Made by a program: the position numbers and the translations under genes. From a candidate division WOR-3 bacterium (GTDB taxonomy: Bacteria > Hydrothermota > Tepidihabitantia > SM23-42 > JAOAFX01): DNA of 28,606 bases. Shown in pieces: positions 9,751 through 18,981 of this stretch; positions within the stretch are counted from its first letter, which is position 1, and each line of letters starts with the position of its first letter. The notes under the pieces were generated by a model that saw only the letters and a program-made list of their open reading frames with translations, did not search any database and was not told where the DNA came from. The DNA lies in contig JBDRWI010000027.1 of the NCBI GenBank assembly GCA_039802265.1, positions 1-28,606 of the forward strand, read 5' to 3'.

Positions 9751-10564
9751 ACTTTAATCCTAAATTACCTACAACCCTTTCCACAATTGACTCGTCAATA
9801 CTTTGCTTTCGCTGCACATATCCTTCAAGGAGGGCGTTATCGCAGATAATATTTACAAGCCTTGGCCTGCCATCAGAATAACGACATATGTATTCCATAG
9901 CCCCAGGGGTGAAGATCTGGGTCTGGGCACCAGCAATACTGAGTCGGTGCGAGATATAGGCTTTAATTGTATTACTGCCCAGTGGCTTCAATTTTACCTT
10001 CACAGCAATTCGCTGATAAAGTGCGCGATTCAATGCCAGAAATGACTCAAGCTCTGGCAATCCGCTTAAGATAAAAGAAATGAGCCGGGTATCGGCAATC
10101 TCAAGGTTTAAAAGCCCTCTTATCTCTTCAAGTATCTCAGGGGACTTTATCTTATTAGCCTCATCAATGATTATGACGGTCTTCTCATTCCGGCGATAAA
10201 TTTCATTCAAACGACTGGAAATTCTTGAAATTATCTCGGTTGTTGTAGTTCCCAGATCAGTTAGACCCAGCAGGTTTGCAATCTTGGCAAATAACCATCC
10301 TGATGGAAACTCCGAGTGGGTGAGTATGATTAGTCCGCAATGGAATCGTCCCATTGAATGCAACTCACTAAGCAATTTCCGCACAAGCATCGTCTTACCC
10401 GTTCCAATATCACCAAGCAGTACCGCCAGTCCCCTGGTTCCCCTTGCGGCGTGGAATAAATACTCCTTGGCCAGGGCATGTTGCGGTGAATTGAAATAAA
10501 ATTTTGGGTCAGGATGATTGGCAAATGGCTCAAATTTCAAATGGTAAAACTCCTGATAATCCAC
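9743..10564 (-). CDS. ExeA/GspA-like AAA ATPase (copy 1)
   Basis: GDIGTGKT, IIDEAN, LEEIRGLLNLE, LYQRIAV, GRPRLVNIICDNALL; GTG start with GGGAGG SD. Confidence 0.9.
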   Translation of the reverse strand: MDYQEFYHLKFEPFANHPDPKFYFNSPQHALAKEYLFHAARGTRGLAVLLGDIGTGKTMLVRKLLSELHSMGRFHCGLIILTHSEFPSGWLFAKIANLLGLTDLGTTTTEIISRISSRLNEIYRRNEKTVIIIDEANKIKSPEILEEIRGLLNLEIADTRLISFILSGLPELESFLALNRALYQRIAVKVKLKPLGSNTIKAYISHRLSIAGAQTQIFTPGAMEYICRYSDGRPRLVNIICDNALLEGYVQRKQSIDESIVERVVGNLGLKFE

Positions 10565-10573
10565 TATGCCTCC

Positions 10574-12415
10574 CTAGATAAATGCAATATTCTCACTTTC
10601 GGTTCCAAATTCTTCTCCCTTTTGAGGGTATTCTTTGATTATCGGTTTTTCTTTTATCGGTGGCTCCTCAACAATCGTTGGATAACCTTCTTCTACTACC
10701 ACCGGGGACACCGATTCCTGAGGCAAGGGCTCCGGAATAGGGGACGTCTCCACTGCCTCTACGACAGATACCTTTGGCATATCCTTCTCTTCAGCAGGTT
10801 GTGGGATAACCTTCTCCTCAGTCTCAACAGGTACCGTCGGTTCAGTTGGTTTTTTAAATTCCATCTTACCACCTAATAGTTCATACATCTCCCGGGTATC
10901 ACGATAATCAGGATTTATAGCCAGGATATGTTCAATTTCTCTGAGGGCATTTTCAAAGTCACCAATCCCTTCATATGCCGAAGCCAGCAGGTAGCGCAAG
11001 CCAAGTTTTTGGTCTTCGGGTATCTCTTCAAGGAGAATAACCGGCCCGAGGATCTTAATCGCCTCACTATATCTACCCAGTTTTATCAAAGAACCACTGA
11101 TTATCTCTACGGAATCGGGCCAGAACTGGCGCTCCTCTCTGTTATCAATTATCAATGACAGCGCCATATCGTATAACTCCGCCTCATAAGCCATTTTTGC
11201 CAGTTCCACCTTTTTTTTAATATCTTCGCTCTCCCAGACGATATTCGTCCTCAACTCATCAAACTCCTTTGCCAGTTCAAAGGTGGGCTTGGCTGCGATC
11301 GTCTCTGCCTCCTTTAAAAGAAATTCAATATCCGCAATCTGCCCTTCTATTGGCTGAGATACTGGTTCTGGAGGTTTTTCCAGGGGGGGCTGACTGACCT
11401 CAGCCTTCGGAGTAGATGGGATTTCAGGTGGAGTAAATCCTTCAATCTCTTTGCTTAAATCTTTCAACAGATCCAAATCGCTCTGGATTTCAGCGACACT
11501 CATCTCTTCCGCGGGAATTTCCCTCTTGGGTGCTTCGGGAACTGATTCGGTTACAGCCGGTTGCTCAACTTTTGGGGTAGCAGTTTCTGGGATTACTTCT
11601 TCTTCCTTTTTTAGCGGCTCTTTGAGGTCTTTCAGCATCTTCAGTGCCTCCGCATTGTTTGGGTCAATTTCAATTATTCTATTTAAAACCGAAATCGCCT
11701 CGTCAACCCGGTTGGATTTTATGAGGTCGCTTGCCGCCCGGCTAAATTCTACTATTGCCTCATCTTTGGAACCAATCTCATAGAGTAAATTGCCCAATTC
11801 AATACGACTCTTGGGGTCAAGTTCTTCTCCTCCGTCAAGATTGGGTAAAAATTTCCTGATTTCACTCAAAACCGTTTCATCCCCTATCTCTTGGGCAATC
11901 CCTTTCAATCTCAATAACTCATCCTCTGCCTCCCGCTGACGATTTATCGCGTATAGTAATTTGGCAAAGGATAATCCTAATGGTAAATTCTTCGGTTGTA
12001 ATTCTACAATTTTCCTCAGGCCCGCCACAAAGATTCCCTCCTCGTTTTTTTCCATTGCTTTTGAGGCGAGATTCAATAATTTTTTAATTGACTCATTGGG
12101 TAAACCATAGAAACGATATAAATCAACCAATCTGAATACAACAGTCTCTTTTAAATCCTCAATATCCAGTATCTTTTCCAGACACAGAATCGCCTCTTTA
12201 TATTGACCGTTGTGGGTGTAATTTTCTGCCGCGTGTTCATAGCGGGCAATGGCTTCGGCAGGCTTTCCTAACTTAATTGCGAGGTCACCGCAGAGCTCTA
12301 AAACCCGGGCACGGTCGGGGTCCTCCTCAAGGGCACGCCGCAGGATAATCTGTGCCTTCTCATACCTTCCTTCTTTTATAAATTGACGGCTCTTCTCCAG
12401 CAGGTTTGTTTCCAT
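10574..12415 (-). CDS. Large cytoplasmic TPR protein with acidic/proline linkers (paralog of 7945-9750)
   Basis: TPR repeats, DPNNAEALKML, C-terminal LGLRYLLASAYE...NPDYRD module, acidic tail. Confidence 0.8.
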   Translation of the reverse strand: METNLLEKSRQFIKEGRYEKAQIILRRALEEDPDRARVLELCGDLAIKLGKPAEAIARYEHAAENYTHNGQYKEAILCLEKILDIEDLKETVVFRLVDLYRFYGLPNESIKKLLNLASKAMEKNEEGIFVAGLRKIVELQPKNLPLGLSFAKLLYAINRQREAEDELLRLKGIAQEIGDETVLSEIRKFLPNLDGGEELDPKSRIELGNLLYEIGSKDEAIVEFSRAASDLIKSNRVDEAISVLNRIIEIDPNNAEALKMLKDLKEPLKKEEEVIPETATPKVEQPAVTESVPEAPKREIPAEEMSVAEIQSDLDLLKDLSKEIEGFTPPEIPSTPKAEVSQPPLEKPPEPVSQPIEGQIADIEFLLKEAETIAAKPTFELAKEFDELRTNIVWESEDIKKKVELAKMAYEAELYDMALSLIIDNREERQFWPDSVEIISGSLIKLGRYSEAIKILGPVILLEEIPEDQKLGLRYLLASAYEGIGDFENALREIEHILAINPDYRDTREMYELLGGKMEFKKPTEPTVPVETEEKVIPQPAEEKDMPKVSVVEAVETSPIPEPLPQESVSPVVVEEGYPTIVEEPPIKEKPIIKEYPQKGEEFGTESENIAFI

Positions 12416-12433
12416 AATTTCCCCATTTTATAA

Positions 12434-12461
12434 AGTATAATTGATTTTGCAACTTTGTCAA
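12434..12461 (-). promoter_or_regulatory. sigma70-type promoter TTGACA-16-TATACT for the TPR/ATPase operon
   Basis: -35 at 12461-12456, -10 at 12439-12434, between the ftcD stop and the TPR start. Confidence 0.75.
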
Positions 12462-12469
12462 TACCCATT

Positions 12470-13981
12470 TTAAATTAGAAACCTTTTGGAAAATAGCGTC
12501 GCACACTCATCATAAAGCCCGGCTTCATGAACATTGAGGTCATCAATCTCTTTCCTTGTTTTTTCAACAAATTGGCTGTCAGTGATGGAGGGTAAGTTCA
12601 CAAGGACATTCAATCGGGCACCCAGGAATCCACTGTGGATTGTATGAATAGCAACTCCGATATCGGAAAATGCATTCTTCAATCCTTTATCAAGAAGTAT
12701 GCGTACAGAGGGATAAAGGGCTATTATCTTCTTGGCGACTGCCAATGGAACCAGGGCGGCATTTTTCAAAGATTCTTGAATTGATTCCTCTCTCTTTCTA
12801 ATTTCATAATCCGTTGCCTTTGGTAGCTTATATGCCTTCATTACACCGTCAAATGCCTCTTTATCCTTTTCAATCAATTTGTAAAATTCAGTTGTCTCAA
12901 TCCTCAAATTACCGGTAATATCTTTCAACTCCGGGTCGTTGGTCTTTTTTAAAGTAATTCCGGCAACCATTGCCAGAAGTCCTGCACCCAGCGCACCCAA
13001 AAGGGCAGCAACACTACCTCCCCCGGGTGTTGGAGTAGGTTCAGAAAGTGCTCTCAAGAAATCAAAGAGGGTTGATTTTTGAACCGAACCCCGGAGATGG
13101 TGTTCAAGAATCTGATTTTCATTAAAGTTATTAAGCTGAAGATAGTAAAGAGCAACATCAATCAATGCCTTTTCCGGGACAAGCCCAACGATTTCAGACT
13201 CTTTTACGGTAACCCCATAACGATTCGCCTCAGACTTTACAACCTCAAAGACACGATAGAGTGGGGTCTGGAGATAATTGGTCATATTTATTGAAACCTG
13301 GGCAAGATTCTGCTCCTTCAATTCAAAACCCAGTGCCTTGGCATATCTAAATCCACCATCCTTAAACCTTATTGCTCGGGCGATGTTCTTGGCAATATTA
13401 ACATCGGTGGTATTCAAATTGATGTTATAGGCAATCAATGGAAAACGGGCACCAATCACCGTTGCACCAGCGGTAGGATGAATCTTGGGTTCCCCAAAAT
13501 CAGGAAAACGGTCCGGATTCGTCTCAATCTCGCGCTGTAAGGCTTCAAATTCACCCTTTCTGATGTTTGCCAGATTCTCCCGCTCCGGCCGGGTTGCAGC
13601 GGCCTCATAGAGATAGACAGGGATTTTGAGTTCGCGGGCAACCCTTTCACCCAATCTCTTTGCCAGGGCAACACACTCCTCGGTTGAGATATTACTTATC
13701 GGCACAAAGGGAATGACATCTGTCGCCCCAATCCTGGGATGTTCACCCTTGTGTTTCGTAAGGTCAATCAATTCTGTGGCTTTCTTTGTTCCGCGAAACG
13801 CCGCCTCAAGGACCATTTCGGGCTCACCTATGAAAGTTACCACTGCCCGATTGTGGTCGGGATTCATCTCCACATCAAGAACCTGAACACCCGTACTGGC
13901 AATCTCCTTTACTATCTCATCAATCTTTGACCTATCCCTGCCTTCACTGAAATTAGGGACACATTCAACAATTTGTATCAT
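12470..13981 (-). CDS. ftcD: Glutamate formimidoyltransferase / formimidoyltetrahydrofolate cyclodeaminase, bifunctional fusion
   Basis: VECVPNFSEGR, DHNR, HKGEHPRIGATDVIPFVP (transferase); TPTPGGGSVAAL, DKEAF, SDIGVA, NVLVNLPSI (cyclodeaminase). Confidence 0.95.
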   Translation of the reverse strand: MIQIVECVPNFSEGRDRSKIDEIVKEIASTGVQVLDVEMNPDHNRAVVTFIGEPEMVLEAAFRGTKKATELIDLTKHKGEHPRIGATDVIPFVPISNISTEECVALAKRLGERVARELKIPVYLYEAAATRPERENLANIRKGEFEALQREIETNPDRFPDFGEPKIHPTAGATVIGARFPLIAYNINLNTTDVNIAKNIARAIRFKDGGFRYAKALGFELKEQNLAQVSINMTNYLQTPLYRVFEVVKSEANRYGVTVKESEIVGLVPEKALIDVALYYLQLNNFNENQILEHHLRGSVQKSTLFDFLRALSEPTPTPGGGSVAALLGALGAGLLAMVAGITLKKTNDPELKDITGNLRIETTEFYKLIEKDKEAFDGVMKAYKLPKATDYEIRKREESIQESLKNAALVPLAVAKKIIALYPSVRILLDKGLKNAFSDIGVAIHTIHSGFLGARLNVLVNLPSITDSQFVEKTRKEIDDLNVHEAGLYDECATLFSKRFLI

Positions 13982-15164
13982 ATATTATCTTCCCCCTTTT
14001 TAGCACAAGTTTTATAATATCCTCACCGAATTGATATGAAATCTTCTTATAATTGTCTACAGCCCAGACTACCAGATCAGCCTGTGCGCCGGGCTGGATA
14101 CAACCAACCTTCGGATATAAATCCAGTGCCCGTGCAGCATTGGCGGTAGCACCAACAAGTGCCCTTTCCACAGGTATACCATAGAGTAAAGAAGCGAGGG
14201 AGATGATTTTGGGCATCGCATAAATTGGACAGGTTCCTGGATTAAAATCTGAGGCAATCGCTATCGGTAGTTCCATCTTTATGAAGCAGCGGACATCGGG
14301 TTTCTTTCTTGTTCTTAAAAATAGCGAAGTTCCCGGTAAGAGGACCGGTACTACATTCGCTTTTTTCATCTTTTCTATTTCTAATTTTGTAGTATAAATA
14401 AGATGGTCGGCAGAAGTACAGCCAACTTCAGCCGCAAGTGCTGCACCACCCGAATTAGAGAGTTCATCGGCATGAATTTTTAACTTAAGGCCCAAATCCC
14501 TTGCCTTCTTCAAGACCTTATGGCTCTCCCTTACACTGAATGCGATACTATCACAGAAGATATCACAAAACTGGGCAAGTTTTTCACTTGCAACCTGTGG
14601 TATTAACTCGCTGTTAATTTGGTCAATATAATCTCTTCTTTTTATCCGGGGAGGAATTGTATGGATTAAAAGGGTTGGTATTACATCAATTGGCGATGTC
14701 TCTTGCAATCTTTTAATTACCCTTAAAATCTTTAATTCCCCATCGGTAGTAAGACCATAGCCACTCTTTACCTCTACGGTTGTTGTGCCATGTTTAATTA
14801 AATTTTTTATCCGCGACATCGCCGAATTGTATAACTCTTCCTCGGTTGCATTCCGGGTATGGCGAACGGTCGTCATAATTCCACCGCCTTTTTTTGTTAT
14901 AGTCTCATATCGCACACCAGCAATCCTTGCCGAGAATTCTTCCTCGCGCGAGCCGGCAAAGACCAGATGTGTATGGGAATCAACCAGACCCGGTGTGACC
15001 ACACATCCCTGGGCATCAATAATATCAATCTTCTTGCCCTTTTTAGATATGCTACCGAGCTCACGAATTGTTTCACCCTCAATGAGTATTGAACCTTCGG
15101 ATATTAACGTAAAGTTATTACACATTGTTAGAATCTGGGCGGCATTATTGATTAAAATTGCCAT
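13965..15164 (-). CDS. hutI: Imidazolonepropionase
   Basis: PGLVDSHTHLVFAGSR, GGGI, GTTTVEVKSGYGL, KIHADEL, SADHL, ASDFNPGT; overlaps ftcD. Confidence 0.95.
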   Translation of the reverse strand: MAILINNAAQILTMCNNFTLISEGSILIEGETIRELGSISKKGKKIDIIDAQGCVVTPGLVDSHTHLVFAGSREEEFSARIAGVRYETITKKGGGIMTTVRHTRNATEEELYNSAMSRIKNLIKHGTTTVEVKSGYGLTTDGELKILRVIKRLQETSPIDVIPTLLIHTIPPRIKRRDYIDQINSELIPQVASEKLAQFCDIFCDSIAFSVRESHKVLKKARDLGLKLKIHADELSNSGGAALAAEVGCTSADHLIYTTKLEIEKMKKANVVPVLLPGTSLFLRTRKKPDVRCFIKMELPIAIASDFNPGTCPIYAMPKIISLASLLYGIPVERALVGATANAARALDLYPKVGCIQPGAQADLVVWAVDNYKKISYQFGEDIIKLVLKRGKIIYDTNC

Positions 15165-15170
15165 CGGTCT

Positions 15171-15198
15171 ATTTTATCCCAAAAAATTTGTAAGTCAA
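15171..15198 (-). promoter_or_regulatory. sigma70-type promoter TTGACT-16-TAAAAT; probably leaderless hutI transcript
   Basis: -35 at 15198-15193, -10 at 15176-15171, 6 nt then ATG at 15164; no SD. Confidence 0.7.
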
Positions 15199-15338
15199 TA
15201 CCCTATTGCCACAGATACCACCACCGCAATTTACAGCACTCTTCTACTTGTCGCAAAAATGTTGCAAAATAAAAAAACATACTGATTCTTACATGGGTTA
15301 AGGCGTTAGCCTTTTATACAACAGAAACAGTGGCGGAC

Positions 15339-15371
15339 AAGATATTCAAGTGCCCTTCTCCTGAATATCTT
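15339..15371. terminator. Inverted repeat downstream of the anti-sigma gene, possible terminator
   Basis: aagatattca (15339-15348) / tgaatatctt (15362-15371), 13-nt loop; no strong U tract. Confidence 0.3.
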
Positions 15372-15409
15372 TGGTATTTGACGGAAGTAGCTTTGAGGGG
15401 CTTAACCGT

Positions 15410-15964
15410 TTATATCCGGGCCAGATTCTTGGGTGGAACAGAGTAGAATTGGATAGAATCAGAGTACTGATAGCGGTGTCTGGTTTCGTATCTCATTTCT
15501 ACCGCCGGTTTTTCGGTTTTTTTTGTGAATAAGAGAAGGTCAACAGCTCGCATCAGAATCATTCCAAGCAAGAAAGAGGCGGCAATGGTGAGAATCCTGC
15601 GACCACATCCCTGATGTATAGGAATTTTAATAATTCTGAGGGAACCCTCATCTTTATCCTCTCCCTTTTTAAGGGAGAGGGCAGGGGTGAGGGTTGGGTC
15701 TTGAGCCCCTGATGTACCTGGCAAAAAGGATTTTTGTTTTATCCGAATCTGTCTTCTAACTTTTTCATATACCGATTGCGATGGTTTGAATATAGATTTT
15801 TTCCTGAAAAGTTCAACAAGACTTTCCAGTGCTTCTAACTTCTTTCGGCAATCGTGGCAGACCAATAGATGTTCATTGATCTGTATCTCAATCTCCGGCT
15901 CAACATCACCCAAGAGATAGCCTTCAAGACATTCGGCTATCTTTTGGCAATTCTGAAGAGACAT
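15410..15964 (-). CDS. Zinc-finger (zf-HC2/ZAS) membrane anti-sigma factor
   Basis: Start ATG 15964 with GAGGAGG SD; C...HLLVCHDC motif; one TM segment (ILTIAASFLLGMIL); directly downstream of the ECF sigma gene. Confidence 0.85.
   Translation of the reverse strand: MSLQNCQKIAECLEGYLLGDVEPEIEIQINEHLLVCHDCRKKLEALESLVELFRKKSIFKPSQSVYEKVRRQIRIKQKSFLPGTSGAQDPTLTPALSLKKGEDKDEGSLRIIKIPIHQGCGRRILTIAASFLLGMILMRAVDLLLFTKKTEKPAVEMRYETRHRYQYSDSIQFYSVPPKNLARI
15643..15695. repeat. BoxC/REP-like palindrome copy A (inside the anti-sigma CDS)
   Basis: aaccctcatctttatcctctccctt-ttt-aagggagagggcaggggtgagggtt; 25-bp arms with 5 differences, 4 of them G-T wobbles on the plus strand. Confidence 0.9.
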
Positions 15965-15989
15965 TAAATCCTCCTCGGATATATCAAAT

Positions 15990-16078
15990 CCCTCTCCCCC
16001 TGTGGGAGAGGGCAAGGGTGAGGGGTAACCAATTTTATCACCCTCACCTTTATCCTCTCCCTTCAAGGGAGAGGATAA
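15990..16078. repeat. BoxC/REP-like palindromes copies B and C in inverted orientation, between sigma and anti-sigma
   Basis: ccctctccccctgtgggagagggcaagggtgagggg (15990-16025) and accctcacctttatcctctcccttcaagggagaggataa (16040-16078). Confidence 0.9.
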
Positions 16079-16117
16079 CATTATTAAATTTTAAATTTCT
16101 TGGTATTTTTAAGTCCT

Positions 16118-16645
16118 TCATAACCCCATCTCCCTTCTCAGTTTTCTAATCCCCTCATGCATCCTTGACTTTACCGTGCCGATGGGGATACACAATACAT
16201 CTGCAATCTCCTGATAACTCATCTCTCCATAAAATTTCAAGACAATCACCGAACGATAGATTTCCGGTAGTTCATTCAGTAATTTCTGCACCTCCCAATT
16301 ACTCAGGCGCTGCTCGTTTTGAGAAGTATTGTGCTCAGTTAACTCAATGGGCAGACTTATTTCAACTCTATTTTTGCGCAATAGTTTATATGCCTGATTA
16401 GTTGCGACTCGATAAAGCCATGCCTTCAAGCTCCCCCGATTATCTAAATTTGAATTTGCCAATTTTGTAAAGGTCTCAACAAGAATATCCTCGGCATAAT
16501 GCCAATCTCCAATTAAACGCACGAGATAATTGAACAATCCATTACAGAATCTATTATAAATTGTAGCAAACGCCTTCTCATCATTATTATCCTTGAATAG
16601 TCTATACAAGGAAAATGAGTCAAGATTATTATAATCTTCAACCAT
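16118..16645 (-). CDS. ECF RNA polymerase sigma factor
   Basis: Region 2 (AEDILVETF, AWLYRVATN) and region 4.2 (LPEIYRSVIVL...SYQEIADVLCIPIGTVKSR); ATG 16645 preferred over TTG 16663. Confidence 0.93.
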   Translation of the reverse strand: MVEDYNNLDSFSLYRLFKDNNDEKAFATIYNRFCNGLFNYLVRLIGDWHYAEDILVETFTKLANSNLDNRGSLKAWLYRVATNQAYKLLRKNRVEISLPIELTEHNTSQNEQRLSNWEVQKLLNELPEIYRSVIVLKFYGEMSYQEIADVLCIPIGTVKSRMHEGIRKLRREMGL

Positions 16646-16694
16646 TATAATCCTACAATACAATTTTTTGTAGCAAAAATTAAGATTTTATTGA

Positions 16695-16741
16695 ACCCAT
16701 CACCTCTATCCTCTCCCCACTTTAGTGGGGAGAGGGCAAGG
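16695..16741. repeat. BoxC/REP-like palindrome copy D upstream of the sigma gene
   Basis: acccatcacctctatcctctccccac-ttta-gtggggagagggcaagg. Confidence 0.85.
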
Positions 16742-16830
16742 TTATAATGCCTAATTGGTTTCGGTTTATCCGAGTTGGGATTTTGAATATTTGCTTTCAT
16801 TTATTTATAAAGCATAACAGATAAAATTTC

Positions 16831-18981
16831 TCATTTTCCTTCTTGATATTTTTTTATCAAATCAGGAATTTCTTTATCTTCGGGATTCTCTTTTAAACAA
16901 TCCGCAAGAATTTTTATCGCCTCTTCTTTATTGTAATTTTCATAATAGACTTTTGCAATATTTCTTTTCATTCGCAAATCCACTTCAGGCATAGCGAGTA
17001 TTATTTTAAAGATTGAGTCAGCTTTTTCTTTTCTCTCTAATTTAATATAAATTAAAGCCTCATTATACAAGATTAGATATTTAAATTTTTTCATTGTGAA
17101 TTGTTTGGCAACCTCTATTTCTCTTATTGCCTCCTCATATCTATTCTGCCTCTGCAAGGCAAAAGATAATTCAAAGAAGCAGGCCGAATAGTGTGTTCCT
17201 AAAGCCTGCATTTCTTCGGTCAGTGAGTCATAGGGAATTGACTGAATTTTTTTAAAACTGAATTTATTGTGTAGTAAAACCATAGTCCTTTCAACATCTA
17301 CAGAAAATCCCGGTCTTGTTTCAACCTCACCCTTCCCAATTTCATATACAAGACCACAAAGTTTAAGTGGATAACCATATCGTTCAGGCTGCCCCACGGT
17401 CGTAGAAAAAACAACCGGTCTTTTATTCTTGTTTATAAGTTTTTTGATCAACTGCTCCGAGACAGAAATAATTTCTCCGTTTTCTTTTTTGGGCTTTAGA
17501 CTATCAATTTCTTCCTCTGTCATCTCCAGGGGCAAACCATTCTTTACCAGATATTTTACATAACCCTTGCTGTTGAATAAACTCCTATTTATTATCATAA
17601 CATCCCTCCTGAATCCATTTTTTTCCTGCAAATACCATGCGGGATATGTATCATTATCACCGTTGGTGATTAAGATTGCATCCTGTGGGGCTGACTTTAA
17701 TATATTCTCATTCATTTCCAAAAGCATCTCAAAGTCAATCGTTCTTCTGAACCTCAATCTTGCCTCCTTTTCCCAGGTATCGGTTATAAGGGCAAAACCT
17801 TCTTTTCCAATGAAGACTTTTTCCATCAGCGAAAGCCAATCAAGACTCCGGTATAGCTGTAGAAACCCTGCGACTACTCTATGGACATCACTACTTTCAA
17901 AAAGTTCAATGTGGTCAAATGAAAAAGGTGAAGGCTCTATAGGCGTAAGCCAGCCTGATTCAACTGCAACAAGACCATCGCCGGCATTCTCTTCAGGTAG
18001 GGCACCATCAAACATTTTTTTTCCCATAATAGAAGCAAAATTTATGTGAATGTCAATATCCCGTACTCCATTTGCTCTTATCCATGATATAAATTCTGAT
18101 TCTGGTTCTAAATTCGTAGCATTCTCACCCAATCCATCAACAAAGAAGAATCTATATGGGCTCCTACCAATCTTAACGCTATCCCAATTTGCAAAGTTTG
18201 AACCAAAGAAGGGGGTGCCTATCGTGATAATCGCGGATGAAATATCATTTTGATAAAGAGATGTATCTGCGGCATAGCGATGTGTAATTAGCCCACCAAT
18301 GCCAAAACTTACTACATCCAATCTGAATCCTCCATATTGCTGGTGTAATTTTTTAAGCTCTTCAGCAAGGAATCGGGCATTTTCTTCTACGGAATTATCG
18401 TTCGGATAGATAAATATCCAGAGCGGAAAGTTATAGCCATTTTTTCTTAATACCTTCTGGAAATTTTCTAAGTGATTGCTCAGATAAATATCACTTACAA
18501 TGAGTAGTGCAGAGTCCGCCTTTGCAGGGTTGATTATGCCGTATCTTGCCGGTGATTCAATAATATAATATTCGCCACCGTGCCAGATTTTCGCCTGCAG
18601 GGTCTCACCCACAACCCTTGATTCGGCAAGAGGCACAAATCCCTTTCCAATTTTCCAGGCTAACTTAAGGCGCGGATTTTTTGTGGGATAAGAAAATAAT
18701 ATCGGCTTTTCAAAAATCAGGGTCTCGGGTTTAATCGTTATAGATTTACCGGTAAAGATGTAGCCGTTATCGTAAGTTTTTTTGAATATTCCCTTCTGTT
18801 CAAATATCTCTATGCGGATTTTTGTTGACTCCGGGATACCTGCCTCCTCAATCATAAATTTTGCACTATCTATGCGAATGACCGAGCCTTTAGCCGCTAC
18901 TAAAGTTTCAACAGACTTCACCGGGCAACCAGAAAATAGGATTGACAAGGCAAAAAGTAAAGCCTTTTGTCGAGTAGGCAT
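16831..18981 (-). CDS. Multidomain lipoprotein: ZU5-like + degenerate alpha/beta hydrolase + DUF2723/TMEM260-like extracytoplasmic domain + TPR
   Basis: ATG 18981 with AAAGGAGG SD; lipobox LFSGC; VVSFGIGGL, TIGTPFFGS, GDGLV, FDH; AILITNGDNDTYPAWYLQE..G.RRDV; C-terminal TPRs. Confidence 0.75.
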   Translation of the reverse strand: MPTRQKALLFALSILFSGCPVKSVETLVAAKGSVIRIDSAKFMIEEAGIPESTKIRIEIFEQKGIFKKTYDNGYIFTGKSITIKPETLIFEKPILFSYPTKNPRLKLAWKIGKGFVPLAESRVVGETLQAKIWHGGEYYIIESPARYGIINPAKADSALLIVSDIYLSNHLENFQKVLRKNGYNFPLWIFIYPNDNSVEENARFLAEELKKLHQQYGGFRLDVVSFGIGGLITHRYAADTSLYQNDISSAIITIGTPFFGSNFANWDSVKIGRSPYRFFFVDGLGENATNLEPESEFISWIRANGVRDIDIHINFASIMGKKMFDGALPEENAGDGLVAVESGWLTPIEPSPFSFDHIELFESSDVHRVVAGFLQLYRSLDWLSLMEKVFIGKEGFALITDTWEKEARLRFRRTIDFEMLLEMNENILKSAPQDAILITNGDNDTYPAWYLQEKNGFRRDVMIINRSLFNSKGYVKYLVKNGLPLEMTEEEIDSLKPKKENGEIISVSEQLIKKLINKNKRPVVFSTTVGQPERYGYPLKLCGLVYEIGKGEVETRPGFSVDVERTMVLLHNKFSFKKIQSIPYDSLTEEMQALGTHYSACFFELSFALQRQNRYEEAIREIEVAKQFTMKKFKYLILYNEALIYIKLERKEKADSIFKIILAMPEVDLRMKRNIAKVYYENYNKEEAIKILADCLKENPEDKEIPDLIKKYQEGK

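Noticed and set aside
7060..10564. ATPases considered as IS21 IstB, TnsC or defence NTPases
   Set aside because: The N-terminal Y..FY.L...PF and C-terminal G.PR..N.ICDNALL fit the ExeA family, and there is no transposase or nuclease partner.
15200..15410. Possible HutC operator, sigma54 promoter or riboswitch upstream of hutI
   Set aside because: No correctly spaced GG-N10-GC promoter or recognisable aptamer found; hutI appears leaderless.
15616..15627. 12-mer gtataggaattt shared with the 21463 palindrome arm
   Set aside because: A single 12-nt match is expected by chance in an AT-rich 28-kb window.
15965..16081. N-terminal extension of the anti-sigma ORF (MLSSPLKGEDKGEG...PSPLPSPTGGEG)
   Set aside because: It is a translation of repeat copies B and C; the strong SD points to ATG 15964.
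16755..16780. ttggtttcggtttatccgagttggga, reminiscent of a dispersed repeat
   Set aside because: One copy only; cannot be supported from this window.
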